Positions 49,615 through 61,154 of a stretch of DNA of 64,000 bases are shown here, one piece after another. The stretch is from Fimbriosthenelais zetlandica (taxonomy: Eukaryota): contig OZ365116.1 in assembly GCA_977030845.1 (NCBI GenBank), positions 2,294,001 to 2,358,000 on the forward strand, read 5' to 3'. Every line of letters begins with the position of its first letter. Position 1 is the first letter of the stretch. The notes below the pieces were generated by a model. It did no database searches. It was given only the letters and a program-made list of their open reading frames with translations, and was not told the DNA's origin. Made by a program: the position numbers and the translations under genes.

Positions 49615-51292
49615 TATATATCAGACCACCGTATGACGGGTCAGAGCAAAATCATGCTCAGTGAAATGGTGTCATGGAATAAGGTCATAATAAGTTTTTA
49701 TAGGCCTGTCTTTATTTCCTATTCTACTATAGTCTTTAACGGGAGGGTTTATAGATGAGGAAGTTTGGGTGAGGCTTTTATTGTGAGTTGGTTTGATGTG
49801 AGTAGCTCCCTGACATACATAGCTGGCCTCCATCAGTGTAAAAGCTCACCATGTTACTGCTATCTCTACTCCTTACCTCCAGTAAACACCATTACATTCC
49901 TTAACAGCTTCTTTAGATGAGGGATGAGTGCTTTATCACAATAAACATAAACAACTGAGCAAGGAAAAGCTTTCTGTATGATCGTTAATATCATTAGTAT
50001 AGTTAATATTAATATCTTAAGTTAAGTATTAATAGTATATCTTACTAAGAAATATTTAAGGGCAGGCCCACACTAAGTGAACAAACAATGAAAAAACAAA
50101 CGATTTTGTTTGTTTTAATAGTAATCATTAATTTTGTCAATCTGTGCCCTTAAATAAATACAAGGAACTGGTAAATTATAACGTATTAAAATAGAAAAAT
50201 TGTTTGGAATTCTTCTTGTTTTTGGTCGTCTTAAGCTGAGTGCCTGACGTCCGAGAAAAAAATGGTCCATGGCCTGAGGGGCGTAACCTACATGATAGAG
50301 GAATATTATACTCCCTCCTACTTACCTCACTGCCCCTCTCATGTAAACCCTGGTCATGTTCTCCTAAAAATATAAGACAGAATTCCAGCAGCTTCTAATT
50401 TAGCTTTTCTTGTATTGTGTACTATTGCTCACCTATGTAAGACCCCTCGATGTTGAGTCTCTTTATCCAGACCAGCAATTCTTACAACTTGATGTAGCGC
50501 TAAACTCACTTTAAGCTTCCTGGGAAATAAGGATGTGGCAATTCCTACTATTAACTATTTAAAGAAATACTATTAACCTAGAGGAAGAATATTAATTTTA
50601 AAGAAAGACGCCCCACGCCTCGCTATTATTAGCCATATATTTATATAGTTGCTGGCATGGCATGAAGACACTATCCATTCATTCTAGTATGAAAGAAGTA
50701 CACTGGTTAAATGTTTTAGCTCATCCATTACATGCATCGTTGCTGAAATTTTCTTTGAGTTGGTTTGGATCTATTCCAGTGCTCTGTGGTGCTAAAAAAA
50801 TAAGTCCAAGCCCTGGGGATTATCATTAATATTAAACATGTTTGTATATTAATATTTTGTATTAAATCATGTTTAGTTATTTTAGAAGTCCGTTAAAGCA
50901 AACAATTAGCTATAAGTAACAATGCCAGAGCTATAGCTTTCATACTGGGTAACAATCCCCGAGTCAAACCAAGGCAAGCTTAGCAATGCTAAAGGTCAGA
51001 TCACATACATGGCGGCTTGCTGGGCTAAGTGTGCCTCCTGAGGTGACAGATTAGTTTAAAACTAATGGGTATAACATTAAACATGTGTAGGTGAATGTTG
51101 AGAGGGTGGTGGGTGGGGGGTGGGGGTGGGTAGTGGTTACCCCATTGACCACAGCTCAGAGGTCACATATACACAGAGTAAGACACACACCTACTCAGCC
51201 CCCAGACATGGACGTCTGTACACACTGACATATAAAGTGAGCTCTGTGGATTAAAATACAGACAAGTCAAGGCAAAATACTATTGTTACTTA

Positions 51293-51503
51293 AGCCGGGA
51301 CTCCACTGCTGCGATTTTGTTTGCGACACGTCTGCGACAAAGCTGATGCTTGTGTTTCAATGATAAATTTACCATTGGAGGACGGCCTTAAGGCCTTGGA
51401 CACTTGAACCACAATTTATCAATGTTATTCTTACACAATTTCACAAGCATCACCTTTGTCGCAGTAGTGTCGCAAGCAAAATCGCAGTAGTGGAGTCCCG
51501 GCT
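51293..51503. mobile_element. PIF/Harbinger (Tourist-like) MITE, copy 1
   Basis: About 60-bp TIRs (AGCCGGGACTCCACTGCTGCGATTTTG...); TTA target-site duplication (TSD) on both sides; 211 bp. Confidence 0.85.
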
Positions 51504-52745
51504 TTACTTACAGTATAATAGGGAGATAGAGGGACAGGGACAGGGGATAGAGAGTGGGACAGGGAATGACAGTGACAGAGGAATAGAAAGAGAGATAGAG
51601 AATGACAGAGAAGGACAGACGCACAGTGTTATAGAGGGACAGGGATAGGGACTATCCGACAGGGATAACAATCGTTTAATAAAAGTTGAGCATTCAGAAT
51701 AGAAAGTGGGACTTGGTCATGGATCAAGTCTGACATCAGGGTATAGTGTCGTGATTACTGATCTCTCAACATAGCTGCAGGGCGCTCTGTTTCACAAAGA
51801 TGCGCTACATTCACTTATAGACCTATTATTGCCTAAAAGTCGTTATGAAACGCTCCCTAATGCATAAAAATAACGAGATAATCATGTGAAATATAAATCA
51901 TTTAAAACAGTCAGTAGAAATGATGACTGTTGAGCTGTGACTTTGTGTCAGACTACTCCAGTATCTATATATCATACGTCGGCGTATGTATCATTGTTTC
52001 TAGTCAGCTTATCAAAGTTTACTTTAGGATGAGAAAAAATGGATAAACTTGGAAATAAGAGGTCAGGCAGTGTAGACATACGCACATGCTGACCACTGAG
52101 TGTGTGTGTGTGTGTGTGTGTGAGGGGGGGTGGGTGGGGGGGGGGGGGTGATTGTGAACCAGGATCTAGTCCGAGCTTTCACCATCAAGATGGATAATCT
52201 TTCTAGAACATTCTTTAATACTTCTGTTGAATGAAGAATGCATGTTTCCCATATTCCATTACCAACTACTAAGCAATTACTGCGATTATATTATAGAAAG
52301 ATATTGGAAATTAGACGACTATTTTTATGCTGCATGTATTTGCGTGGGGGCATGTAAGGTTCTGGACTTCTTGGAATCATTTTAGAAATTGAATGTACTT
52401 TTAGTTTCATGGTAAAGTGTGGTTAAGCCATGTTTGTGAGCCGTGCCTCCTTCTATGTCAGGGTCAGACCTATAATTCATTATATTCCCTCATACAGCTG
52501 ATGGTTTACATATGTGAGGGCAGGCATGCATTATATCGTAGTTTGTAGGCCACTTTTACAAGGAATAGCCCCCCTCTGAGGAATAATTTCAATAATTGAC
52601 ATTTTAAGTTCAACTATATTATCTAGGCTACACATATCGGCCTTTGTAAGTAGGATCACATTTCAATCTAAGATTAGACACGACTGATAAACATTTTTTG
52701 ATAATTTTTGTTGTAAATTCTTTCAGATTTAAAGTGACAATCAAC

Positions 52746-53963
52746 ATGGATTCTTCAATCCAACAGGTGACCTTTAGTGTTGATTATTTCACCACGGGGG
52801 CGCCACCTGTCATGAACCAACCACGTGCTAACATTGACTATGTGGGCTACGTCTTCATACCTCTCTTCCTCTTTTTTGGAGTAACTGGAAACGTTTTGAC
52901 CATCATTGTCATGCGGTCCAAGATTTTCAAACATTTCCCCTCGAGTTATGTTCTTATATGTCTCGCCTTCTCAGACACGGTGCTTAATGTGCTCCTACCC
53001 CTCAACAAGAAGTGGGTGAGAGACTTGTTGACCACCGACATTAGGAGTTATACGCTGGCTGGTTGCCAGGCCTTCTTCTGGGCGTTCAGGACAGCCAAGA
53101 TGACGTCATCATGGCTGGTGGTGCTCATCTGTATTGAGCGTTTTGTAGCTGTCTGTTTCCCTATGAGAGCCGCCTACCTTAACACCAAGAGGAACGCTGT
53201 GATCGGGATATTCCTGGTGTACTCCGTCATAGGCACGTATAACGGAGTCTGGGTGACATTCGCTGATCGTTTAGTTAACGGGACATGCTTCCCTAACACT
53301 AAACCGGAAGGACTAGCCCACGTGACCGGGAACTTCCTGATCGTGGGTCTCAGTATCTACTCCTTCATCCCGTGTGTTATTCTCATCGTATGTACGGCGT
53401 GTATCATATATAATTTATATAAATCACGCCGTGCTAGGCGTAGTATGATTGTTAACAGCCAGGCGTATGACGACCCAACCTCTAAAACCACAGCCATGTT
53501 ACTGTGTATCATCGTGGCATTCATCCTCCTCGTCCTCCCCATCACATTTGCCCACCTTATCAGCTTCATTATGAGCCAGCCCCTGTTTGAATCTAAGGAG
53601 CCAGGTATCGTGCTATACAGGGAGGTGTCACAGGTACTGGAGCACATGAATTACTCTATTAACTTTGTCCTCTATGTGCTGGCCTGCCCCAGCTTCAGGA
53701 ACCAACTCCCGGTCGTTCTCTGCTGCTTTAAAAAGAAGGAAAAGCAGGAGAAGCAAGCGATGCAGAACAGTAATGAGTCAGACCGGAGTAATCAGACGAA
53801 CAGAACTGATGTTAGTTCACGGAGAAGTTCAGCGTCTAGTCTACAGATCCATCATGTACAACCGATAGGTTCTCCTCTCAAAGTACACGCCACAAACATG
53901 CACAGTCTGAACGACTCACAGTACAGTAAAACCCCCACAAACATGCACAGTCAGAACGACTGA
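52746..53963 (+). CDS. Rhodopsin-like (class A) GPCR, invertebrate peptide-receptor-like (FMRFamide-receptor-like expansion type), single coding exon
   Basis: Seven hydrophobic segments: TM1 GVTGN, TM2 LAFSD, TM3 CIERFVAVCFP (ERF for DRY), TM6 AFILLVLP, TM7 NYSINFVLY. Acceptor ttctttcAG at 52725-52726 precedes the ATG at 52746, so the supplied 52698 start is intronic. Confidence 0.93.
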   Translation: MDSSIQQVTFSVDYFTTGAPPVMNQPRANIDYVGYVFIPLFLFFGVTGNVLTIIVMRSKIFKHFPSSYVLICLAFSDTVLNVLLPLNKKWVRDLLTTDIRSYTLAGCQAFFWAFRTAKMTSSWLVVLICIERFVAVCFPMRAAYLNTKRNAVIGIFLVYSVIGTYNGVWVTFADRLVNGTCFPNTKPEGLAHVTGNFLIVGLSIYSFIPCVILIVCTACIIYNLYKSRRARRSMIVNSQAYDDPTSKTTAMLLCIIVAFILLVLPITFAHLISFIMSQPLFESKEPGIVLYREVSQVLEHMNYSINFVLYVLACPSFRNQLPVVLCCFKKKEKQEKQAMQNSNESDRSNQTNRTDVSSRRSSASSLQIHHVQPIGSPLKVHATNMHSLNDSQYSKTPTNMHSQND

Positions 53964-54023
53964 CAGTACAGTAAATCCCCAACAAACATGCATAGTGTGC
54001 CTGTATAGCTTCATGATACAGAG

Positions 54024-54244
54024 CAGGGGTCCAGATTCCCGGTCGCCCGACGGCCCGTGGCGACCTGAAAAGCCTAAGGGCGACCATCTATATAGAGATA
54101 CTCGCCCTGCTGGCGACCATAATTTTGGAGTTTAACATTAGAAAACAATATTAAAGGCGACCAAGTGTTGGTAAGGGCGACCATGGATTTATAGTAGGTC
54201 GCCCTGCTGGCGAACAAAGGTATTTTAGGGAGTCTGGACCCCTG
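54024..54244. mobile_element. hAT-like MITE in GPCR 3' region
   Basis: 17-bp TIR CAGGGGTCCAGATTCCC / GGGAGTCTGGACCCCTG; multiple GGCGACC/GGTCGCC subterminal repeats; TSD not clean. Confidence 0.6.
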
Positions 54245-54526
54245 ACGGAGTACAGTAACATTATCTCTACATTTAGAATAATGGGGACTGTAAAAAGGTG
54301 CTATTTATATATGGAGATGTTCCCTAGGAAGAGACAAATTTGCCCGTCTCACAGTAGAGTAAAAACCTCAAAAACATACACAGTATGAACGTGTAGCTTC
54401 GTACAGTGTAAAGTAACATTCTCTCTACATTTAGAACAATGGGGACTGTGAAAAGGTGCTATATAATATGGAGATGTTCCCTTATCACAGAGAACTGTGA
54501 AAAATGTTGATCAAAACTAGAACTTG

Positions 54527-54741
54527 TGACTATGAGAAAGTGTTCACTATATGGAGGTGTTCCCTAATCAGAGGGAGCTGTATACGACACCTCAAGAACC
54601 TGGCACTGTGAGAAAGTGTTCACTATATGGAGGTGTTCCCTAATCAGAGGGAGCTGTATACGACACCTCAAGAACCTGGCACTGTGAGAAAGTGTTCACT
54701 ATATGGAGGTGTTCCCTAATCAGAGGGAGCTGTATACGACA
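54527..54741. repeat. 76 bp x~3 tandem repeat
   Basis: TGAGAAAGTGTTCACTATATGGAGGTGTTCCCTAATCAGAGGGAGCTGTATACGACAC... at 54533, 54609 and 54685. Confidence 0.9.
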
Positions 54742-55659
54742 TGTACACACAGCTAAGAGAACTTGCAACTGTCAAAAGATGTTACTGTTTGACTATTATT
54801 TGACTATTATGTGTTAGAACTGATCATAATGGATACTATTAACTAGTCACGTATTAATTTTTCAGTATTTTCTCATTTTTACAAATGAGTATTTTGGATA
54901 GTTTTCATTATGCATTACTTTTCGAAATCATGGTGCTTTTCTCAACAAGGAGTAATATAATTTACATTCATGATATACATTATGCATGTATTTATTCTCA
55001 GGGCTCCAGCTACCGTTCGCATTTGTCGCCAATTAAGAATAAAATAATTGGTTTGGCGACTATCGCCTTGCAGTTGTCTATAAAGTTGACTACCGTACTT
55101 GTTTACTTTATTTGGGTATTGACATAAATAATCAAAATATTGAACGTGTATCATTTGAAAATGATATGAAATCTGCCTTTGAGATTATATACGGTACTGG
55201 TTGAAAGATTCGACTATTTTATACGATAGTAGACTTACGATATGAAAATAACTTAAAGCCCTTCCTTCAGCAGTAATAATTGCTATAGATTTAAAGCTTT
55301 CTGTTTCCAGGAAGATTATTGACCAGAATATATAAGAGGGAAGGGCAGGGATCGATATAGGATGTTTTTATATTACAGTTTAGAGTTAATGGGCCTGCTG
55401 TCGGTGCATTATATTCTGTTTCCGCCCCTTGCCATCTTACTTTATGGGTGGTTTGGGACCCCCTCCCCCTCCTCCTGGGTGGGACTCCCCTATATGCGGG
55501 TCCTCTGTCATTAAGTTGGTCATTTAGACTGTCATCATGTGAGCTGTTAATGAGATGTGATTAGCTTAATTAAGGCCCGTGTTTGATAATACTGTCACAG
55601 TGACGTGGTGTGCGTCTGTCATTTCCTGTTGGCGTATCTTCGCTCAATCTGAACATTAA

Positions 55660-55862
55660 AGGCTGGACTCCACTGCTGCGATTTTGCTTGCGACAATACC
55701 GCGACAAAGGTGATACTTGTGTCACAGTAAGAAATCTAGCACCGGAAAACGGCCTTAAAGCCTTGCACATTACAAACACAATTCATGAATTTTACTGCGA
55801 CACAAGCATCACCTTTGTCGCAGGAGTATCGCAAGCGAAATCGCAGCAGTGGAGTCCAGGCT
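55660..55862. mobile_element. PIF/Harbinger MITE, diverged copy 2
   Basis: Same TIRs, TAA TSD, different core; 203 bp. Confidence 0.8.
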
Positions 55863-56611
55863 TAATACACACAGTGGTCTGTAATCTTAACATATCTATA
55901 TTTATAATAGCCTCCATTAAACTCACAACTCATTCTGTACTCCCTGTATATCACCTCGCTATATCAACTATGTCAATAGTTGATTTACATGTACCACATC
56001 AAACATTACACATTTCAATACTTCCAGTTTTATTTGTTGTGAGGAAATACTGATTATTTTCATTGCAATATATTGTGCACAGAATGTTTTGAAGATATTT
56101 TTCATACTTTTACTTCCCCCGACCCCTGTGCATATCATGCTAGTGAATATTTCCTATTTGTACAAATCACGAATGAAAACTACAAAACTGTCTATGTATT
56201 CCTTTGGCTATTGTTGACATCAAAAAGGCATACTCCATACAAATATAGGAAATCTTAACTGCCTCCTGATGACGATATAGTAATATACATCCCGGGTTAG
56301 AATCAATAAGTGTCCTCGGTGTTTTTTTATTCACGTTGCCATAGTAATGGCGGCGTGGCCGTGAGAGGATGTGTGTAGGGTGCCGCCGCCTGGTGTTACA
56401 ATCATTCACCACATGTTCACCGTGTATAATCCCATATCTTCACGCGTGCTTTATCACTCTAATACTGCCTCCTGGGAGAAGCTCATTGTCATGGAATCCC
56501 GGCAATATAATATATATGTAACAATGGTCGTGCATTGTCCGTGCATTCTTTCTCCAATCTGTAACAATCCCAAACCGAGTCTAGGATTTCTCCAATTAAT
56601 TGCCTAATAAG

Positions 56612-56992
56612 TCAGACCTTCTCATTTCCCACCCCTCTGGAGGTTTTTTTCATGGCCTCCATCTCCACTATTCTGACTTCTGCTTCACGTTTTATGTCTG
56701 TGGGTGGACTACAGCTGAAGACGTAGCTACAGCCGCAGTATGCAGCCACTATGATACAGCCGATCAGTCCTATACCCGCCACCACACCAGCCCCGATCAG
56801 TAATGACGCTGTCTGTTCAGGATTGACGTCACGGTGCTGTATGACGTCATGAGGACGCTGAGTGTCATAGAGACACGTATAACGCGTCCCTGGTTTACTG
56901 ATGATTCGCCGGAATTCCTCCAGATGGCGCGACGCGGCGTATTGATGATTCCCACATGGAGGGTGGTATGTGCAGCGCGGAATGCGCAGATC
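56612..56992 (-). CDS. Terminal exon of a KCNMB (BK beta)/TipE-like two-TM auxiliary subunit (126 aa)
   Basis: gctctgtttttcAG acceptor, open frame to TGA at 56612: DLRIPRCTYHPPCGNHQ...PGTRYTCLYDTQRPHDVIQHR...LLIGAGVVAGIGLIGCIIVAAYCGC. The Cys spacing and TM2 resemble KCNMB loops (CSYIPKCG...FSCY...SVIL...TM2) as recalled. Upstream exons were not found. Confidence 0.65.
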   Translation of the reverse strand, partial: DLRIPRCTYHPPCGNHQYAASRHLEEFRRIISKPGTRYTCLYDTQRPHDVIQHRDVNPEQTASLLIGAGVVAGIGLIGCIIVAAYCGCSYVFSCSPPTDIKREAEVRIVEMEAMKKTSRGVGNEKV

Positions 56993-57171
56993 CTGAAAAA
57001 CAGAGCAAATATTATTATCATGATAAAACAGAGCAAATATAGGTTATTTATAGAACATGTAATAATTATACCATATGATCCTGTTAAAACACAACAAATA
57101 TAGGTTATTTATAAAACATGTAATATAACATATGATCAAGTTAAAACAGAGCAATATAGGTTATTTATAGG

Positions 57172-57809
57172 GAGCACCAGCTCATTCAGGGAGTGAGCTC
57201 AGTAGGTGAGAGCACCAGCTCATTCAGGGAGTGAGCTCAGTAGGCGAGAGCACCAGCTCATTCAGGGAGTTAGCTCAGTAGGTGAGAGCACCAGCTCATT
57301 CAGGGAGTTAGCTCAGTAGGTGAGAGCACCAGCTCATTCAGGGAGTTAGCTCAGTAGGTGAGAGCACCAGCTCATTCAGGGTATGAGCTCAGTAGGTGAG
57401 AGCACCAGCTCATTCAGGGAGTTAGCTCAGTAGGTGAGAGCACCAGCTCATTCAGGGTATGAGCTCAGTAGGTGAGAGCACCAGCTCACTCAGGGAGTGA
57501 GCTCAGTAGGTGAGAGCACCAGCTCATTCAGGGAGTGAGCTCAGTAGGTGAGAGCACCAGCTCATTCAGGGAGTGAGCTCAGTAGGTGAGAGCACCAGCT
57601 CATTCAGGGAGTTAGCTCAGTAGGTGAGAGCACCAGCTCACTCAGGGAGTGAGCTCAGTAGGTGAGAGCACCAGCTCATTCAGGGAGTTAGCTCAGTAGG
57701 TGAGAGCACCAGCTCAATCAGGGAGTAGCTCAGTAGCTCAGAGCACCAGCTCGTTCAGGGAGTTAGCTCAGTAGCTCAGAGCACTAGCTCATTCAGGGAG
57801 TGAGCTCAG
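57172..57809. repeat. 38 bp x~17 satellite resembling a tRNA 5' half
   Basis: GAGAGCACCAGCTCATTCAGGGAGT(T/G)AGCTCAGTAGGT; no spacers. Confidence 0.95.
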
Positions 57810-58039
57810 CATCATGATTGTCTAAAATTCTAAGATATGAAAAGCAAACTCGGCGAGTGCACTCTGGTATGAATATGTAGGTAGAAGATAAGACTATGAG
57901 ATTGGATACAGTCATAAAGGCTCTGGTATCATCCTCTATGTTTTATGGGTAATAACTGTATTTGATAGTAGATGGTATGGTGGACACAGCGCCCCCGTGT
58001 CTGGAGGCAAAACTACAGACACGATCTCTACAGGGGGGG

Positions 58040-58640
58040 GGGGAGGGTTTGGGACGTAGAGAAAGGGAGATGGAGAGGAGGGATTGGGAGGTAGAGAAGG
58101 GGAGATGGAGAGGAGGGATTGGGAGGTAGAGAAGGGGAGATGGAGAGGAGGGATTGGGAGGTAGAGAAGGGGAGATGGAGAGGAGGGATTGGGAGGTAGA
58201 GAAAGGGAGATGGAGAGGAGGGATTGGGAGGTAGAGAAGGGGAGATGGAGAGGAGGGATTGGGACGTTGAGAAGGGGGGTGGAGGAGATTAAGGATGGGA
58301 AAGGGAGGTAGAGAGAGGGAGATGGGGAGGAAGGGTTTGGGAGGTAGAGAAAGGGAGATGGGGAGACGAGGATTGGGAGGTAGAGAAGGGGGATGGGGAG
58401 GAGGGGATTGGGAAAGAGAAAGAGAAGAGGAGAGATGGGGAGGAAGGGGACGTAGAGAAGGGGAGATGGAGAGGAGGGGATTGGGAGGTAGAGAAGGGGG
58501 ATGGAGGTTAAGGATGCGAAAAAGAAAGAGAAGAGGAGAGATGGGAGGAAGGGTCTGGGAAGGAGTGAGACTCGGAGATGAGGAATTACAGGAGGAAGGA
58601 AGGGGACAGAGGAAGAGAAAGGATGGAAGAGGCGGAATGG
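58040..58640. repeat. Purine-rich 35-bp minisatellite decaying into GA-rich low complexity
   Basis: GAGAAGGGGAGATGGAGAGGAGGGATTGGGAGGTA units; source of spurious ORFs 57943..58755 and 58295..58708. Confidence 0.9.
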
Positions 58641-59379
58641 GAAGGAGAAGTGAGGGGTGGCACCCTGTCAATATATCATCTTTGAGTGGAGTAGAGCGGT
58701 ATGTATAAATGTATGCCTTTGTAACGTATTGAAACGCGTTCCAATAATGCTCCACATTGACGGCCTTTTAGTGCTGGCCATAAAGCAGTGACATGGGGGG
58801 GGGGGGGTAGTATTATATAGAATGGTCAATGTTAGCCTCCTGACACATGTATTGATTTAAACCATTCTGACTGCCAAACACTCAAGATGAATAGAGACGT
58901 TCATCCTGAACTATACATATAGTTCCCCATCCCCGACCCCCTACCCCCAACACCATCCCCCCCCCACCATCCCCCACCCCCTACCCCCAACACCATCCCC
59001 GACCCCCTACCCCCAACACCATCCCACCCACCTTCTCCCTCTTTCTTCCATCCCATCCTTGATCCAGCCGGGAAACTTGCCCAGAAAAAAATATTTGGTG
59101 AAGGCTATACAACCCAATATAGTTGTTATAATAAAGGGCCTTCATGTATAATATAGAAGGATTTCTTCCTGTATTTCTATCTTAACGAGACACACAGACA
59201 ATCCATCAAACCTATCTGAGCATGTGATAAGTTTCCGCCAGATTATAGGTGGTCAGACAGCGAAGGCGCGATGGTGGCTCGGGTACCCTGGGTTTAGGGT
59301 ACCCGGTGGTGCGGGTACCCGCGCTGGGTCCCATTCATACAGTGAGAGCAATGTTAAAGCCATATAAAAGCTCCAGTGA

Positions 59380-59734
59380 ACTCTATGGTAACGGACATAG
59401 AAACTATGGAAATGTGTGAATTTCTATGGTAACATTTAGACCTCACTATTTTTCTATAGTACCGTATAGAATAAACCTTTATTACATCTTTATAGTCACA
59501 TTTAACTTTCATTATATAGGTTTCTATGGTATCGGTTATTGCTAGAGTAAAACGAATCCTTATGTTTCCATAGTAACTGTTATATCTCTATAGGTTTCTA
59601 TGGTGAGAAACTGTTTGATTTCTGTAGGTTTCTATGGTACGTAATTGTTTGATTTCTGTAGGTTTCTATGTTAATTATTGATCTCTATAAGTTTCTATGG
59701 CAACTGTTCTATCTCTATATGTGTCCATGGAAAC
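59380..59734. promoter_or_regulatory. Cluster of X-box-like motifs in a degenerate repeat
   Basis: GTTTCCATAGTAAC (59564), GTTTCTATGGCAAC (59691), GTGTCCATGGAAAC (59721), plus about five GTTTCTATGG half-matches. Confidence 0.4.
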
Positions 59735-60943
59735 TTTTAGAGGTTACTTTGGTATCTGGTTAGGATGATAAGTGATGTTAAATGGATGATACTTGCCCTC
59801 ACTAGAGGGCAGTCAGCAGTAAGTCATCCTCATTATTGTATTACACTCATCTAAATGGACGACGCGGGACTATTTCCACCTCATTTTACTCCTTTGGGTA
59901 AGGCTGGTATATTTGTTTTAAAATATGACCATATTTGGTTAATTTATGGCTGTGAGGGTCACATTTACTCTGCTTATTTAGGGAGCTTCACAATGTTTAT
60001 TCCAAATCCCAAGTAGAAACAATACCATAAAGTCTAAGGTATTACTGAATAATCTTATAAATCACATATTGAAGCAAGCTTGGCTTTGTCGCAGTAGTGT
60101 GGCTAAGAGACTGTCGTGGATGCAGTATTGCTGTTAAATGTAAGCTTTCACATGAAGCTGTTATCATTGGATCCTGCATGAACAATTTCAACATGACTCT
60201 CGTGCTCTGACGACTCTATCTGCTCGCCTCTCATGTTCTGGCTTCACTTTGATTTCTACATTAAGAGCCATTTAAAGTAATCCTAAACTTGAATTGCTGG
60301 AGAAGCACGTAATGCGGAGAGAGCACTTATACTGAAACACAGCCCCATGTGAACTTTAACAATGAAAGACATAGTCGGGAATTGCTTGCCCTTTGAAAAA
60401 GAAGTCTCCTCCTTTTCAAAATGTTCTTTTAGAAACAATTTTATATTGCAGTAGTTGTAGTTATGCGCATGTATTTGATTCTTTTATTTCCAAATTTGAT
60501 AGAACAAATCAATATCAATGAACTAGCAATGAGAGAGCCTTTCCAACTCACCTGAAGGAGAATGGGCTATATTTATAATGCCATAGGGACGATTAGTCGT
60601 CTACGTTAGGGGAGTTAGGGTTCCAAATATCCCAGAAATCATTATGTTTAATAGTCAAATCTCACTTGGAAATGCAATGAAGAATTGAGGGTAATTTTTA
60701 GTTGTCTGTATGATAAACAAAGCATGATAAACAAAGTATCCCAGCTATAAACAATACTTTATGATATAAATTAGAAGTGACCGTGTCCATTCTGGTGGTA
60801 ACATGTGTACCACATGTGATACACCTACACTTGGGATCAAAGGTAGGAATTTTAGACACGATGTATCCCACAATCCCCGCGTCAGATAACCCGACATTCA
60901 TCCACGCCTCTCACCCATTACTCCCAGGCTTGTTTTACTCCAA

Positions 60944-61154
60944 AGCCGGGACTCCACTGCTGAGATTTTGCTTGCGACACGTCTGCGACAAAGGTGATGC
61001 TTGTGTTTCAATGATAAATTTACCATTGGAGGACGGCCTTAAGGCCTTGGACACTTGAACTACAATTTATAAATTGTATTCTTACACAACTTCACAAGCA
61101 TTACCTCTGTCGCAGTAGTGTCGCAAGCAAAATCGCAGCAGTGGAGTCCCGGCT
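60944..61154. mobile_element. PIF/Harbinger MITE, copy 3
   Basis: Near-identical to 51293-51503; CAA TSD on both sides. Confidence 0.85.

Noticed and set aside
52698-52745. GPCR start at 52698 from the ORF track
   Set aside because: Non-ATG start lying upstream of a splice acceptor; the ATG at 52746 is preferred.
57172-57809. CRISPR array
   Set aside because: Units are contiguous with no unique spacers, there are no cas genes, and the context is eukaryotic. The same applies to the arrays at 2631-2920, 22821-23330 and 29361-29925.
57830-58010. Upstream KCNMB-like exon (SLYDCIQ resembling SQYPCLQ), including a TGA-readthrough idea
   Set aside because: All frames contain stops, spacing does not match, and no compatible donor was found.
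57943-58755. 270-aa Pro/Ser/Leu-rich ORF and antisense Gly/Arg/Glu-rich ORF
   Set aside because: Purine/pyrimidine minisatellite; no splice-phase or homology support.
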